A DNA stretch of 64,000 nt from Leucoraja erinacea (Eukaryota). Positions 10,026 to 23,608 of this stretch are shown piece after piece. Under the pieces are notes generated by a model. It ran no database searches. It was not told where the DNA came from and worked only from the letters and a program-made list of their open reading frames with translations. Every line of letters starts with the position of its first letter. Within the stretch, counting starts at the first letter, position 1. The stretch lies in contig NC_073377.1 of the NCBI RefSeq assembly GCF_028641065.1, positions 161,138,001 to 161,202,000 of the forward strand, written 5' to 3'. A program made the position numbers and the translations under genes.

Positions 10026-12050
10026 AATGTTTTATTGATTACGTAGAGCTTAGGGCAGTAGCAAGTTAAAATCTTTGTAGACCTTCCCGAATGGAAGTTC
10101 TCCCTTTGTGTGCCTGCAGTTCGATTTTCCATTGGTGTGTATTGGTGTTCTGCATTGGTCAAACATGCCGGGTCTTGCCGGCAAGAATCAGTTACCCTTT
10201 GTGAACCATCCTTTGTGGCACCAAGAAATGGAGCAGGAAACTGCCAGGACCAGCTCTGCCTTTTAGACATGAATCTCCTGCCATTCATTCACAAATTCAT
10301 TGATGTACAGAAAAAGCCTGTTGGCCTTATCGCATCTAAACATGGCAGCAAGAGGCAGAGATTGGAGATCCAGTGGGGGGGAATGATAATTGAATTTGGA
10401 AATAATAATCCCATTCGACAGAGGCCGAACCAGATCTCAGCAGCGTTTGGTAAAGTTGCGACGTATTTGCTAATTCCTCAGGAAGAAGTACCGATCCGTG
10501 GTATTTTCAGGATTAAGTGTGAGTGCTGCTTCTCCGTGATGGATTTTGATCCATTCCATGAAAATGTCAAGAAGCTAAGCTAGCTTTATATCTCTCTGCA
10601 GCTGGTGAATGTATCTTTTTAAAATGTCAAGATTAAATCTTCAAATTTTTAGAAGATGGCTATTTATAGTTATGGTGGGCTCCTACTTTCTTTTTAAGGG
10701 AGGAAAGTACTGGTGCTAAGGAATAGAAATGTATAGAGAAACTAGTGGACGAATGAGTGGGCTGGAGTTTCCACTTGATTACATAGTTGCAGCACAATAA
10801 TTTATTTTTTGTATTGTGATATGAATAATGTGTATAAATACACAGTGCATAGCATATTCTGTACAGTATTGGTATATCTTAGTTAAACTCCATGGACGGG
10901 ATAACTATTGTGTTCAGTCACTTTCACCAAGGGCTCATTACGACTATAGAGATTGGAACCAAGGGTCGAAGGGACCACTATATGTAGCTGGGACAAGTCA
11001 ATATGAATTGATACTTTTTCTGGTCGCCCCTATGTTGGAGGAGTCACATGAGTGCAAACCGATGAACATTGTAGAGTTCTTACTCTGAAACACAACGATA
11101 GTCCATTCGATGTCGAATGTTGGCTGGTGAATTTTGAACACAGGCAGTGCCATGAAACAGCCGCACACTTTGTAGTTAATGATATCCTTATATTGAATAT
11201 TGTGCTAGTATGCATATGGGGATGTTGCACTGTTTCTTCAGCAGTTGGCTTTTTACTGATCTCATTAAACATGAAAGCTGCTCGTTTGTCTGCAACTGCT
11301 TTGTTAGGCCTGTGCCTGTCCGAGCAATGGTGTATAGGACATTTCCTGCTCTCGTTCTATAGTGTTTTTTATGGGGCTATGTTACACCCAAATTTCTCTC
11401 CAGGTGGTACTTTAACCTAAAAAAATATATATTTTTGTTAGATATGAGATCATTATATCTCTTAACAGCCACACATACTGCCTGTGAAACGGACAAGACT
11501 GAATGTGGGTGGTACTGCTTCTGAAGCTGCCCCATTTACTTGAGATGAATGTTTTTTTACTATTGGCAGATTAAGGAATTCCAGTCTCTTATTGTTTGTA
11601 ATTCAATTAGCATGGGGTGTTACTACACATCCGCAAAAGTGTTAGAGTTTAGTGTAATATAACAAGACTGATTTACCTCCTGAAGAGGTCAATTTTAAAG
11701 TGTCTATTTTTTTTCGTCTTCATAATTTGGTCATTTGGATTTGAGGATTGAATTTGGCTTCATTGTCCATTCCACCCCTTGTCTATTGCGCCCTCTGGTG
11801 GCATTGTGTAACATATCTATGGTAATTGCTTTCTTTTACCGTTCCATCTGCATCCACCCTCATTAACTATTAAACGGCTCAATGGACGTTCAAATTTTAA
11901 GATCACCTTACATTTGTAAACAAAAGTGATGTATCTCTGTAAATTGAAATGAAGTGTTGTAGTATTTGCACGTTCCACATAACTCCTGTTCAGTCAAGTA
12001 TTAAAAGTCAGTTCTGTCCCATCAAATAGTGATTGTGTTGCCTACTTATT
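10026..12050 (+). other. FHDC1: Probable FHDC1 3' UTR; 3' end uncertain
   Basis: About 2 kb with no recognised repeats follows the stop codon. Candidate ATTAAA at 12000-12005 with GT-rich sequence downstream; repeats resume at ~12190. Confidence 0.5.
11787..11803 (-). promoter_or_regulatory. CTCF-binding motif
   Basis: Minus strand TGCCACCAGAGGGCGCA matches the CTCF core consensus CCASYAGRKGGCRS. Confidence 0.55.
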
Positions 12051-12189
12051 GCAATGTGCTTTCCTAATGAAGCTTTATAAAGATTAACTGTTAGAAACTG
12101 CAATCTAAGTTGGGCCCTAACGGTGTGCAAAATTGGGACGGTGATTTGTGCTGTCAATATTCAGTTTCATTTCTGAATAATACAGTCTA

Positions 12190-12724
12190 GATTCGAGATA
12201 CAGCGTGGAAACAGGCCCTTCGGTCCACCGAGTCCGAGCCGACCAGTGATCCCCATCCACTAGCACTATCCCACACACACTAGGGACAATTTACAATTAG
12301 ACCAAGCTAACTAACTTACAGACCTATACGTCTTTGGAGTGTGCGAAGAAACCGGATATCCCAGAGAAAACCCACGCAGGTCACGGGGAGAACGTACAAA
12401 CGCCGTGCAGGCAAACACCCGTAGTCATGATCCAACCTGGGTCTCTGACACTATAATGCCCCTGTCCCACTTGGGAAACCTGAACGGAAACCTCTGGAGA
12501 CTTTGCGCCCCACCCAAGGTTTCCGTGCGGTTCCCGGAGGTTGCAGGTGGTTGCCGGAGGTTGCAGGTAGTGGAAGCAGGTATGGAGACTGACAAAAACC
12601 TCCGGGAACCGCACGGGAACCTTGGGTGGGGCACAAAGTCTCCAGAGGTTTCCGTTCAGGCTTCTTTCCTAAGTGGGACAGGGGCATAAGGCAGCAACTC
12701 TACCACTGCGCCACCGTGCCGCCC
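12190..12724 (-). mobile_element. HE1-like tRNA-derived SINE interrupted by a MITE
   Basis: Matches the copies at 26040-26324, 30680-30982 and 32801-33083; the SINE sequence resumes after a TAA duplication. Confidence 0.85.
12457..12686. mobile_element. PIF/Harbinger-type MITE (230 bp, long TIRs, TAA TSD)
   Basis: ~85-bp inverted arms TGCCCCTGTCCCACTT..AAGTGGGACAGGGGCA; TAA at 12454-12456 and 12687-12689 duplicates the host SINE site. Confidence 0.9.
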
Positions 12725-15160
12725 TCTACCGCTACACCACCGTGCATGATAGGGGTTGATGGAACAATGATAGGTGTTGAATTTTGCAGCCTCGATGGCA
12801 AAGATAGATGAACGAATGAATAAGTTTATTGGCCAAGTTTTCACATACAAGATGCTTTGTAAAATCACACTAATTGAAATGTGATTGAAGTTTTGCATCA
12901 TAACATCCCAAAGAGAGATCTGTGATATGTGTTACGGCGGCAGGCGCGGGCACACCGCGACGCCCTGTGTCTCCCTTTCAAGGGAGATGCTAAAAATGCA
13001 TTTCGATGTCTCTGTACTGTACACTGACAATGACAATAAATTGAATCATTTCATTTCATTTCATTTCATTTCATTTCTGTGATAGCAATCTTCTAACTTT
13101 GAAGAGTTAGTATTTATTCTTTTCCCACTGTGTCCACGTATTCATTAGTGGATTGCAGTGGGAGTTGGAAAGGTGGAGAACTGAGCACATGGATGTCAGT
13201 GGGTGTTTAGAAATGGACGCATGCATAAGCAGCAACATAGGATATAACCCCTTGAATGTGATCTACATTGATAAGAACGTCTGATCTTGGCTGTCCATTC
13301 CCTGAACCGGTTGTCCCCCAGGTTGCGGCAGGGTCCTGTGCCTCAAACTGTCTGTAAACAACAGTTCACAATTTGGAAATGTGCCTGTGAACGGAGTTCC
13401 CACACAGCTGAAGTTGCCTGTACCCCGCAGCGGCTGGCAAACCCAAACCTACAATCGGTCATCCAATTGTTTATTTGTATGCATGGGCTGTACATAAGTC
13501 ACCCGTTCATAAACTGTAACTCTTGATGTCCAAGTGATCTATCCGAACCTTGAGTATATTCAATGACTCAATCACCTCAGCTGCCTTGGGTAAATGTTTT
13601 TTTAAATATTTGAAAGCTACAAGAAGGATACTAAAACATGCCGGCTCTAGTGTACTGTCTAACTGGGGTCTATCTTACACTGTTACACTTAGTATGAGAT
13701 TGTTGCCTAATGTATAGTGGAATCATCACTGAATTGTATCCAAAAACATAATTTCACTGTACTTCAGTACACAGGACAATAAAGTATTATTGAACTATTA
13801 AATAATTCCAAATGCTCCGTGAGTGGAAGGAAAATACACTCATCTCCAGACTAAAAGATAGACTCCATAATCTAGAGCAATTCCCCCTCGTTCCTGGGTC
13901 GCCAACATGTAAACGCTCTCAGTATTCACACTGTCAAGCCCAGACTCTTACACATTTCAGTATGTTCATCTCCCATTCTAAACACCAATGAGCGTATGTT
14001 CAATCTGCTCAACTTCTCCTCCAAAGGCAACCCCAAGTAAACTTTCTCTCAACTTCTTTTAATATAAATATATTGGTATCTGGGATAAGGTGATCTGTTG
14101 CCTTGGAGAATAGCAGTCAGTGTGACAGGGACAAGGGATAAAGGGGGAAGGTATGACACTTATGATTTAAAAAAAACCCCGAAATGGGACTGGTCAGGTT
14201 GTGCAACACCTGATTTATGGAAATCTGCCTTTATGAAAAATTATCTCATTCATTTTTTAAGATTTTTTTCAAGATAGTAATATATTTCATGGTATCATTA
14301 ATAACCCGGATGCGGTATATGTTTCATCAGATACATTATGGGAAATGTTAAGGAGAACCTAGAAAATATTCAATGAAGCAAAAGAATTATAGGAAGTCTA
14401 TGTTAAGGGCAGTGACAAAAAAAATTATATTAAAAAAAAAATCAGTAAATGCAGTTCCTCATCAAATGGAACCTTACGTAACCCAGCGTCAACCTGTTAT
14501 CTGCTATCCCACTTCAGAAATCAAGATGAGTTAGTATCCATTTCACTGGTAGCTACTTTCTGAGCTCCCTTTTATACATCAGAGCACTGGTTACCATGCT
14601 CTCTTTCACACACAGGGGCATGGTGCATGCACTCCCTTTCACACAGTGGGACTTCAGTTGCAACGCTCCAATTACACTGACGGTGCCCAGTTTCAACACC
14701 CCCATTAAACTCAGCATTTATTCCTGCATTCGTTTGAACCTCACCCAGCTTGGTTTTTAGCACTCCTTTGAAACTTGGTCAGGCCTGGTTTCCCGTGTCA
14801 TTTGAACTTACCTTATTAACTGGAAAATGTATTCTTCTACTGTGTAATGTCTCAAGAAAGTGTCGGAGAATTAATAAAAAGAAATCCAATTGGCCAGAAA
14901 ATCTACTAGTTCACCCCCGAGACTGAGCATTCTGGATTAACAGAAATTTACTGTAGGTGTGGGTTAAACAACGCATTGGAGAATCACTGGGTTTCCACGG
15001 TACAGCAATGTGAGTGATTTAGTACACATTGCTCTGATGTATAGTGTTAGTTGGCATTTTAACATTACAATTTGCTGACACTTCCCTCCTGAACTGCACA
15101 TGATAAAAGTTGATAGCATTGTGATTAATTCATTAGCAAGGATTGAGTACTAGCTAACAA

Positions 15161-15630
15161 ATTCCTGGGATGTCAGGACTGGCTTATGAAGAAAGACTGG
15201 ATAGACTTGGTTTATACTCTCTAGAATTTAGGAGATTGAGAGGGGATCTTATAGAAACTTACAAAATTCTTAAGGGGTTGGACAGGCTAGATGCAGGAAG
15301 ATTGCCCCCGATGTTGGGGAAGTCCAGTACAAGGGGTCACAGCTTAAGGATAAGGGGGAAATCCTTTAAAACTGAGATGAGAATAACTTTTTTCACACAG
15401 AGAGTGGTGAATCTCTGGAACTCTCTGCCACAGAGGGTAGCCGAGGCCAGTTCATTGGCTATATTTAAGAGGGAGTTAGATGTGGCCCTTGTGGCTCAGG
15501 GGATCAGAGGGTATGGAGAGAAGGCAGGTACGGGATACTGAGTTGGATGATCAGCCATGATCATATTGAATGTAGGTGCAGGTTCGAAGGGCCGAATGGC
15601 CTACTCCTGCACCTAATTTCTATGTTTCTA
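15161..15630 (+). mobile_element. Young CR1 LINE 3' fragment
   Basis: MSGLAYEERLDRLGLYSLEFRRLRGDLIETYK...; tail tttctatgtttcta. Confidence 0.92.
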
Positions 15631-15701
15631 AATTGGGATAAAAGAGCCATTTTCATATTAGCAAAGAATCTGGAAAGGGGAATGGTCAACATTTCAGGTC
15701 T

Positions 15702-16640
15702 TGTAAGATATTACGGATTCAGCTTGTAGATAGAAACAAGCGCAGGTTTTCAGTTCCACTGTTGCCAGTATCGGTCTTTATTGTACAAAAGTACACTGCA
15801 CATACTCATATTCACAAGACTGATAAGATATAGAATATATCACATGACATAGATCATACCATTCTAGTACTCAGTTCTTAAAGTAACAGTTACCATTATA
15901 TACACACACTGCTCTCCCCTTAGAAGGTCAAATAACTTGTAAATTATACAACCAAGAATAATTTTATACATTTAATCTGACGACTGGTTTACGCACTCAT
16001 ACTGATCTGCTGAGTGGTTTAGGGGGAGTGTCAGGTTGTTGTTCTAAAGGAGAGTCAAGTTCAGGATTATTTACCTTGGTCTCTACTTTGTTTGGAGATT
16101 CTGCTCTTACATCTGAACTTGGAATAATACCAAGGCTCTGACAGATCTGTTTCTTCGTCTAGGCTTTGCTCTTGTACCAGTTCAGCGATCCCTTACTGCG
16201 ATCATATGGTTTATGTGCCATACACTTCTAACATGTCCTCTAATTTCCACCAAGTATTTCCTGGTACCACACACTTCCACTACTGTTCCCACCTCCCCAT
16301 TTGCTTTGTAAGTGGGGCTGAGAACACGAACCTGATCATATGTATTGAACCTACATTCTTTTTGACTTCCACTATAATGACGTTTCTGATCAGATTGTTT
16401 GCATTCAACCTTAGGAGATAGGTTAGGTAGAAGCAAATTCAGTCTAGTTCTGAGCCTTCTTTTCACAAATTCACCAGGCGTAGCTTGTGGCGTGGTACGA
16501 TATTTCAGTAAGAAACTAGCTAGCTGCTGTGACATACTGAATTTTGAATTCCCTTCAAGAACTTGTTGCTTGAGAGCTCCTTTGATTATCCTGACTGACC
16601 TCTCCGCCGCATCGTTAGATGCCAGATGGTAAGTTGGTAA
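15702..16640 (-). mobile_element. Gypsy LTR retrotransposon remnant: integrase C-terminus, PPT and 3' LTR
   Basis: Minus strand reads YHLASNDAAERSVRIIK..FLLKYRTTP..RRLRTRLNLL..RKPVVRLNV*, then PPT AGGGGAGAGCAG (15909-15920). The LTR runs TG...CA at ~15908-15702 and contains AATAAA. Confidence 0.8.
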
Positions 16641-17169
16641 GACGAGACAAAAATGAGGAAGATGAGAATATGTTTTGCTTTATAGATTTATGTATTGAGA
16701 GTGCATTTTAAAATCATGTTGTTTTGGCCATTGCAATTGGTACGGCCTTGTTTGGTGTTTTGAAAACACCAGGATACCGTGTTGTTGCAATGGTCCTTCA
16801 CCCAAAGTTGTACAGTTTTTAAGCACTCGTTTCTCTCAAACTGCTAATCTGGCCATGTTTTCAAAAAGATCTGCCATTGACCTGTCTGCTACTCACTTTC
16901 TCTAATTTGTTCATTAACCCACATGTACAATAATTTAGACAATTAGTCTGATAAAGGACACAACACTTCACCTGGTCAATCCACCTCCACATATTATGCC
17001 TGAACTTGCTGCATTCCTCCAGCCCTTTATGTTTTACTAACCAGTTTATTTTTGTAAAGAAGTGATGCCTGTAATGTGAGAACAGATTATTTTCCCTAAA
17101 ATAAAACATATATACAAAATACTGTGCAAAAACATTTCATACATCCTCGATGTCTACACATTAGATAAT

Positions 17170-17890
17170 GTCAAGTCAAGTTTATTCGTCACATACACAT
17201 ACGAGATGTGCAGTGAAATGAAAAGTGGCAATGCTCGCGGACTTTGTGCAAAAAAACAAAACTACAAAATAGAATGGAACAGAATCACATATTCACATAT
17301 TACATATTTGTGGGAGGGAAAAAAAACAAAACAGCAATTTTAAAAAGACACCACACTACAGTAGAAATGGTTCAGTAAAGTTAGTCCCTGGTGAGATAGG
17401 AGTTTACAGACCTAATGGCCACTGGGAAGAAACTCCTTTTCATCCTCTCCGTTCTCACAGCATGGCAACGGAGGCGTTTGCCTGACCGTAGCAGCTGGAA
17501 CAGTCCGTTGCTGGGGTGGAAGGGGTCTCCCATGATCTTGTTGGCTCTGGAGTTGCACCTCCTGATGTATAGTTCCTGCAGGGGGGCGAGTGAAGTTCCC
17601 ATAGTGCATTCGGCCGAAGGCACTACTCTCTGCAGAGCATTCTTGTCCTGGGCAGAGCAGTTCCCAAACCAGATGGTGATATTTCCGGACAAGATGCTTT
17701 CCACAGCCGCTGAGTAGAAGCACTGGAGGATCCTCAGAGACACTCTGAATTTCTTCAATTGCCTGAGGTGGTAAAGGCGCTGCCTTGCCTTACTCACGAG
17801 TGCTGCAGCGTGTGATGTCCATGTCAGATCCTCTGTGATGTGGACTCCTAGGTATTTAAAGCAGCTCACCCTATCCACAGTATCCCCATC
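17170..17890 (-). mobile_element. Rex1/Babar LINE 3' portion
   Basis: FKYLGVHITEDLTW..KARQRLYHLRQL..ESILSGNITIWFGN..LQRVV..HP..LFQLLRSGKR..SFFPVAIR; 3' UTR with (cttga)n tail. Confidence 0.88.
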
Positions 17891-17926
17891 AAATAGTGTC
17901 ATAGTGTTCATAACAATCTTTAAACT

Positions 17927-18728
17927 GCCTGCAGTCCGCCCTTTCACCCTTTTTAATTTTTATTTTTAGTCCTATTAAAAACAAAATGTTTGTTGGAGGT
18001 CTTTTATGTGGTGGGTGGGGGGAGGGGAAGGGGAAACTTTATTTCCTGGTCCCTACCTAGTCGGAGAGGCAGCTTTCCTCCGAGCTGCTTCTTCGCCCCT
18101 TCCGTCGCGGCCTACCATCAGACTGGAGCGGCCTTTCCTGTCGAGACAGGCCGGGACTACAACTTTGGCAGTGGTGCAGCGCTGGGACACCATCATGGAG
18201 CGGGCGATGCCTTACCGGGTTGCCGTGCGGAGGGCTCCGGAGTGCTGTGACCGCCGACTCCAACATCAAGGCGCTGTGGCTGCGGCGCTGGATTTAAAAC
18301 ACCGCGGTGCCTGGGACCAAGATCAACAGAGTCGGAGCTCCAACCAGCGCGGCCTGAGGACTACGGGAGCCGCGGTCTCCGGGGAGGGAGCGGCCGCTCC
18401 AGACATTTTCCAAGTCGCGGAGGAGTGTTCACCCGACGCCGGAGTTCCAGCTTCCCGGCAAAGAGGGCCTGAAAACATCGGACTGGCTGCAGAGGCCACA
18501 AATAGGCCCCGACCTCAGGTGATTCACAGAGGAAGAGGACTTAACTTTTTGTTGCCTTTCCCCACAGTGGAAAATGTTGATTCTGTTGTGGGGGAACGTT
18601 CATGTTGAATTCTATAATGTGTTGTGTCATTTTAATTTTTCAATGGATGTACGGAAAACTTTATTATTTATTTTATGTAAAGCACTTTGGTTTCAACACG
18701 AGTTGATTTAACTTTACTAACTTACTAA
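17927..18728 (+). mobile_element. CpG-rich non-autonomous retroelement (family 2)
   Basis: Closely similar to 60800-61806 and related to 47560-48197; no credible ORF. Confidence 0.7.
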
Positions 18729-18840
18729 ACAAATCACCTTTGCCACTCATGTGGCTCCGAGGTGTTTGAGTTATCGGCCCCACTGGAGAAGCCGGGATTT
18801 TCCAGGGCGGTGAGACGGAGAGCCAACGTCCCAGAACAAG

Positions 18841-19341
18841 AGGGAGTGCAGAGAAGGTTCACCAGACTGATTCCTGGGATGTCAGGACTGTCTTATGAAG
18901 AAAGACTGGATAGACTTGGTTCATACTCTCTAGAATTTAGGAGATTGAGAGGGGATCTTATAGAAACTTACAAAATTCTTAAGGGGTTGGACAGGCTAGA
19001 TGCAGGAAGATTGTTCCCGATGTTGGGGAAGTCCAGGACCAGGGGTCACAGCTTAAGGATAAGGGGGAAATCCTTTAAAACCGAGATGAGGAGAACTTTT
19101 TTCACACAGAGAGTGGTGAATCTCTGGAACTCTCTGCCACAGAGGGTAGTTGAGGCCAGTTCATTGTCTATATTTAAGAGGGAGTTAGATGTGGCCCTTG
19201 CGGCCAAGGGGATCAGAGGGTATGGAGAGAAGGCAGGTACGGGATACTGAGTTGGATGATCAGCCATGATCATATTGAATGGCGGTGCAGGCTCGAAGGG
19301 CCGAATGGCCTACTCCTGCATCTAATTTCTATGTTTCTATG
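18841..19341 (+). mobile_element. Young CR1 LINE 3' fragment
   Basis: EGVQRRFTRLIPGMSGLSYEERL...GYGEKAGTGY plus 3' UTR. Confidence 0.92.
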
Positions 19342-19419
19342 TAATAAACGAGAAGTTCTCTCAATGACGAGCGTTCTGCAACACCCTCTCTTGCCGCTCC
19401 CCCCTCTGGGCAAAAGACT

Positions 19420-19655
19420 GTGTGCATCTACCCGATCTATTCCTCTCACGATCTTGTACACCTCTATAAGATCATCCCTCATCCTCCTGCGCTCCGTGGA
19501 ATAGAGACCCAGCCGACTCAACCTCTCCCTATAGCTCACACTCTCTAGTCCTGGCAACATCCTCATAAATCTTTTCTGAACCTTTTCAAGCTTGACAATA
19601 TCTTTCCTATAACACGGTGCCCATAACTGAACACAATATTCTAGATGCAGTCTCA
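19420..19655 (-). mobile_element. CR1 LINE fragment
   Basis: MRMLPGLESVSYRERLSRLGLYSTERRRMRDDLIEVYK. Confidence 0.85.
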
Positions 19656-19659
19656 GTAG

Positions 19660-20930
19660 GCGAGATCAGTCAAAGTCAGCATGGATTTATGAAAGGGAAA
19701 TCATGCGTGACTAATTTGGGAATTTTTTGAGGATGTAACAAGTAGAATGGATAAGGGAGAGCCAGTGGCTGTGGTAGATCTGGACTTTCAAAAAGTCTTT
19801 GGCATGGTCCCACACAAGAGATTAGTGTGCAAAATTAGAGCACATGGTATTGGGAGTAGGTTATTGACATGGATAGAGAACTTGTTGGCCGACAGGAAGC
19901 AAATTGTAAGAATTGACTTGTCCTTCCCAGAATGGCAGGCAGTGACTAGTGGGGTCACTGCTGGAACACCAGTTGTATACAATATAGATTAACGATTTAG
20001 ACGAGGAAATTAAATGTAACATCTCTAGGTTTGCAGATGACACAAAGCTGGGGGGCAGTGTGAGCTGCGAGGAGGATGCTATGAGGCTGCAGGGTGACTT
20101 AGATAGGTTGGGTGAGTGGGTAGAAGCATAGCAGATGCAGTATAATGTGGATAAATGTGAGGTTATCCACTTTGGTGACAAGAACAGGAAGGCAGATTAT
20201 TATCTGAATGGTGCCAGATTAGGAAAAGTGGAGATGCAATGAGACATGGGTGTGCTGGCAGTGATGAAATTGGCCGAAAGCTAATGACATGTTGGCCTTC
20301 ATTGCAAGAGGATTTGAGTTTAGGAGCAAAGAGGTCCTACTACAGTTGTGCAGGGCCTTGGTGAGACCGCACCTGCAGTATTGTGTGCAATTCTGGTCTT
20401 CTAATATGTAGAAGGATATTATTGCTATTGAGGGAGTGCAGCGTAGATTCACCAGGTTAATTCCCGGGATGGCGGGATTATCATATAATGAAAGAAAGGG
20501 TCGATTGGGCATGCATTCACTGGAATTTAGAAGGATGAGAGGGGATCTTATAGAAACATACCAAAATCTTAGAGGATTGGACAGGGTAGTTGCAGGAAAA
20601 ATGTTCCCAATGTTGGGGGTGTCCAGAACCAGGGGTCACATTTTAAGAATAAGGGGCAGGCCATTTAGGACTGAGATGAGGAAAAACCTTTTCACCCAGA
20701 GAGTTGTGAATCTGTGGAATTCTCTGCCGCAGAAGGCAGTGGAGGCCATTTCACTGGATGTTTTCAAGAAAGTTAGACTTAGCTCTTAGGGCTAAGGGAA
20801 TCAAGGGATATGGTGAAAAAGCCAGAACGAGGTACTGATTTTGGATGATCAGCCATGATCATATTGAATGGTGGTGTTGGCTCGAAGGGCCGAATGGCCT
20901 GCTCCTGCACCTATTTTCTATGTTTCAATG
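19660..20930 (+). mobile_element. Decayed CR1 LINE (RT domain to 3' end)
   Basis: QHGFMKGKSC, LDFQK.F..VPH, RFADDTKLGG and C-terminal motifs, with stops and frameshifts. Confidence 0.9.
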
Positions 20931-21859
20931 TATCTCAAGCGTGTTTCGTTTTTTAAATTAAAAGTTATAATGAAATTTTTAATGGGATAGTAAACTTTAC
21001 GATTGCTAAAATAATCTTTTGCCTGTTAAGAATTACTTTTATATTTTTGGATTGTGTTTATTCCAAAGTATTTGAAAGTATGAATACGTAGGAATAATGA
21101 AAACAATATTTAAAAAATATTTATAAAATTCACTGACGCTTTTCTCTGATGCATTTGTGCTCTATATGTTGTTTGAAGCACTTATCACCAATTGCACCTT
21201 TTGCATTCTGTTTGAGACTTATGAGTATCTGTCTGCTTGAAGACCCTGCTTACCAGCGATTCCCTGGAATAGTGGGTGTTTTTGCTTTGCTGCTGATTAC
21301 AGGATTCAGGCCCATATGTGAAGATATTTCTATATCTACAAAACCTACTGAGTGGTGGTCTGCTGCATTGACATGTGGCCTTCAGTTTGTTTGTCATCAA
21401 AAAAAGTACAAGCAAACTATGACAAATTAGAAATGATGCTACAAGTCAAAGAACGGGATTTGCACAAAACAAGTTTTGGAGCAATGAAGCATTTTATATG
21501 TTCAATGAAGACAAAAAGCAAATGCAACTATATAAAGCTAAAAATGCATTAAGAAAACACAATGTAGTTATGGGAACAGCATCTGACATGGAGGCCGAAT
21601 CATGTGTTGTTTCAGTAGAGGGCGCTGTAGGCTGTGGATTCCAGTGGAGTTTGGGATTCCACACAACATCAATTTGGTTGCCATGGTGTATTTACGGTAT
21701 TGGCGTTCTCTAGATGTCACGGCCGTAGCAGGTGTCTGCAGGGGGAGGTGGGGGTTTGCATTGGGGCTCTTCAGGTAAAGTTGGCTTTTGGTTGCAATTC
21801 TTGCAGCTGCAACAAAATATACGATCAATCAAATATATATTTCTCATTAACACAGTCAT

Positions 21860-22760
21860 AGACCTATGCCGCACAGAAATATGCCAACTCCCCCATGCTG
21901 ACCAACATGTCAAACTGAGCCAGCCCAGTTTCCTCTATCCCTCTGAATCTTTTCTATCCACTTATCTGTCCAAATGTTTTTAAACATTGTAACTATATCA
22001 ACCTCTACAACTCATTCTGCTAGCTCGTTCTCTAAGCCCATCACCATCTACATGGATGAAAACTATCCCTCCCGTACCTTGAAATCTCCCCCCCCCCCCC
22101 CTCACCTTAAATCTATGCTCTCTAGTTTTAGAATCCCTGCTCTGGGACTATGCTGTGATCATCCACTTTCTTCACGGTCCTCCTGATCACATACACCTCT
22201 ATAAGGTCTCCACTCTACCTCCGACAATCCAGGGGTAAAAATCCCAGCCCATTTCGCCTCTCTTGGTAACTCAAGCCCTCCAATTCCTGTTACATCCCCA
22301 TACATTTCTTCAATCCCCTTATCAGATTGATGACATACTTCCTGTAGCTTGGCGAGCAGGACTGCACAGAGAACACCAAGTGTGGTCTCACCACCACTTT
22401 TACAACTGTGATATGATGTCCACGTTTCCATAGTCAATGGAAATAGCCCCGAACCAATGAAGAGACGTGTGCCAAGCACCTTCTTCATCCCCCCCCCCCC
22501 ACCCCCTTTCTATCTGTGTTGCCACTTTCAGGGAACAATGCACGTGTAACTCTAAGCCCCTGCATTCTACAATGCTCTCCAGGGTCCCACCATTTACTGT
22601 GTACATCATGCCCAGGTTTAACTTGCATTAGGCACTTGTCAAAGTTTAATTCCGTCTGCAGTTCCTTAGCTCACTCCCCCAATTCATCCAACTCCTGTTG
22701 TCATCTTAGATAACTGTCTTCATTATCCACTACATCATCAATATTGATGTAGTCCACAAA
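21860..22760 (-). mobile_element. Old, degenerate CR1 LINE
   Basis: Fragmentary CR1 motifs (reverse complement of sKFvDyi, lvrphl.., RgdLIEV). Confidence 0.65.
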
Positions 22761-23608
22761 CTTACTATTCAGGAGTTCCTCTTCTTGCCCTCCTGATTTC
22801 CTTCTTCAGTATAGCCCTACATCTCTTATACTCCTCAAGGGATTCACTTGATCCCAGATGCCTATAGCTGAAATATGCCTCCATTTTCCTTACCAGTGCC
22901 TCAATATCCCATGTCAACCAAGGGTCCTTCATACTTACATTGGAAGAAAGTCATAAAAATATTTAACTGTGTAAATATAGGTGTTCCCTATCATTTCACC
23001 TGAAGTCAATCCGTCAAACCAACGCAAAATGAATGAAAACATGACAGAGAATTGTCTTGGAACTATTCATCAAATAAATAAAAGATCCCCTTATGCATTT
23101 AAAGGCAACTTCCATCAGTTATATCTGAGCCATTAGAACATGAACTGTTAGGAACATTCTGGTTTTAATCTAAACCACATATCACCACTTATTTTGTTGT
23201 CCTTTCACCATTGTCAATATGCCATTGAGCACAACTTTGGAACATTGGAAATCATCCAGACTGCCATGTTTGTGGTGTCTCAACATAAATGTGAAGTTCA
23301 TACCCACTTCCACCTTTTTCTCCCAAACTCTGCAAATGAGTCCTCTTTAAATATAGTTTCTATTGTTATTGGAAGTTGCTCTTTCACATTATGTATAATG
23401 ATGTATCACTAATCTGGATAACCCTCGATATGAAAACATTCTGCTCATTTCCTTGTAGATACAAGAAGGTCTGCAGAAGGCTTCTGACCCGAAACATCAC
23501 TTATCCATGTTCTCCAGAGATGCTGCCTGACTCGCTGCGTTACTCCTGCATTTTGTGTCTTTTTCTGCTGATTTACTCAGTTGTTTTGACTATTTTACCC
23601 GTTCACTT

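Noticed and set aside
10110-11420. ORFs downstream of the FHDC1 stop, and antisense ORFs over the last exon
   Set aside because: No recognisable domains; consistent with UTR or shadow ORFs.
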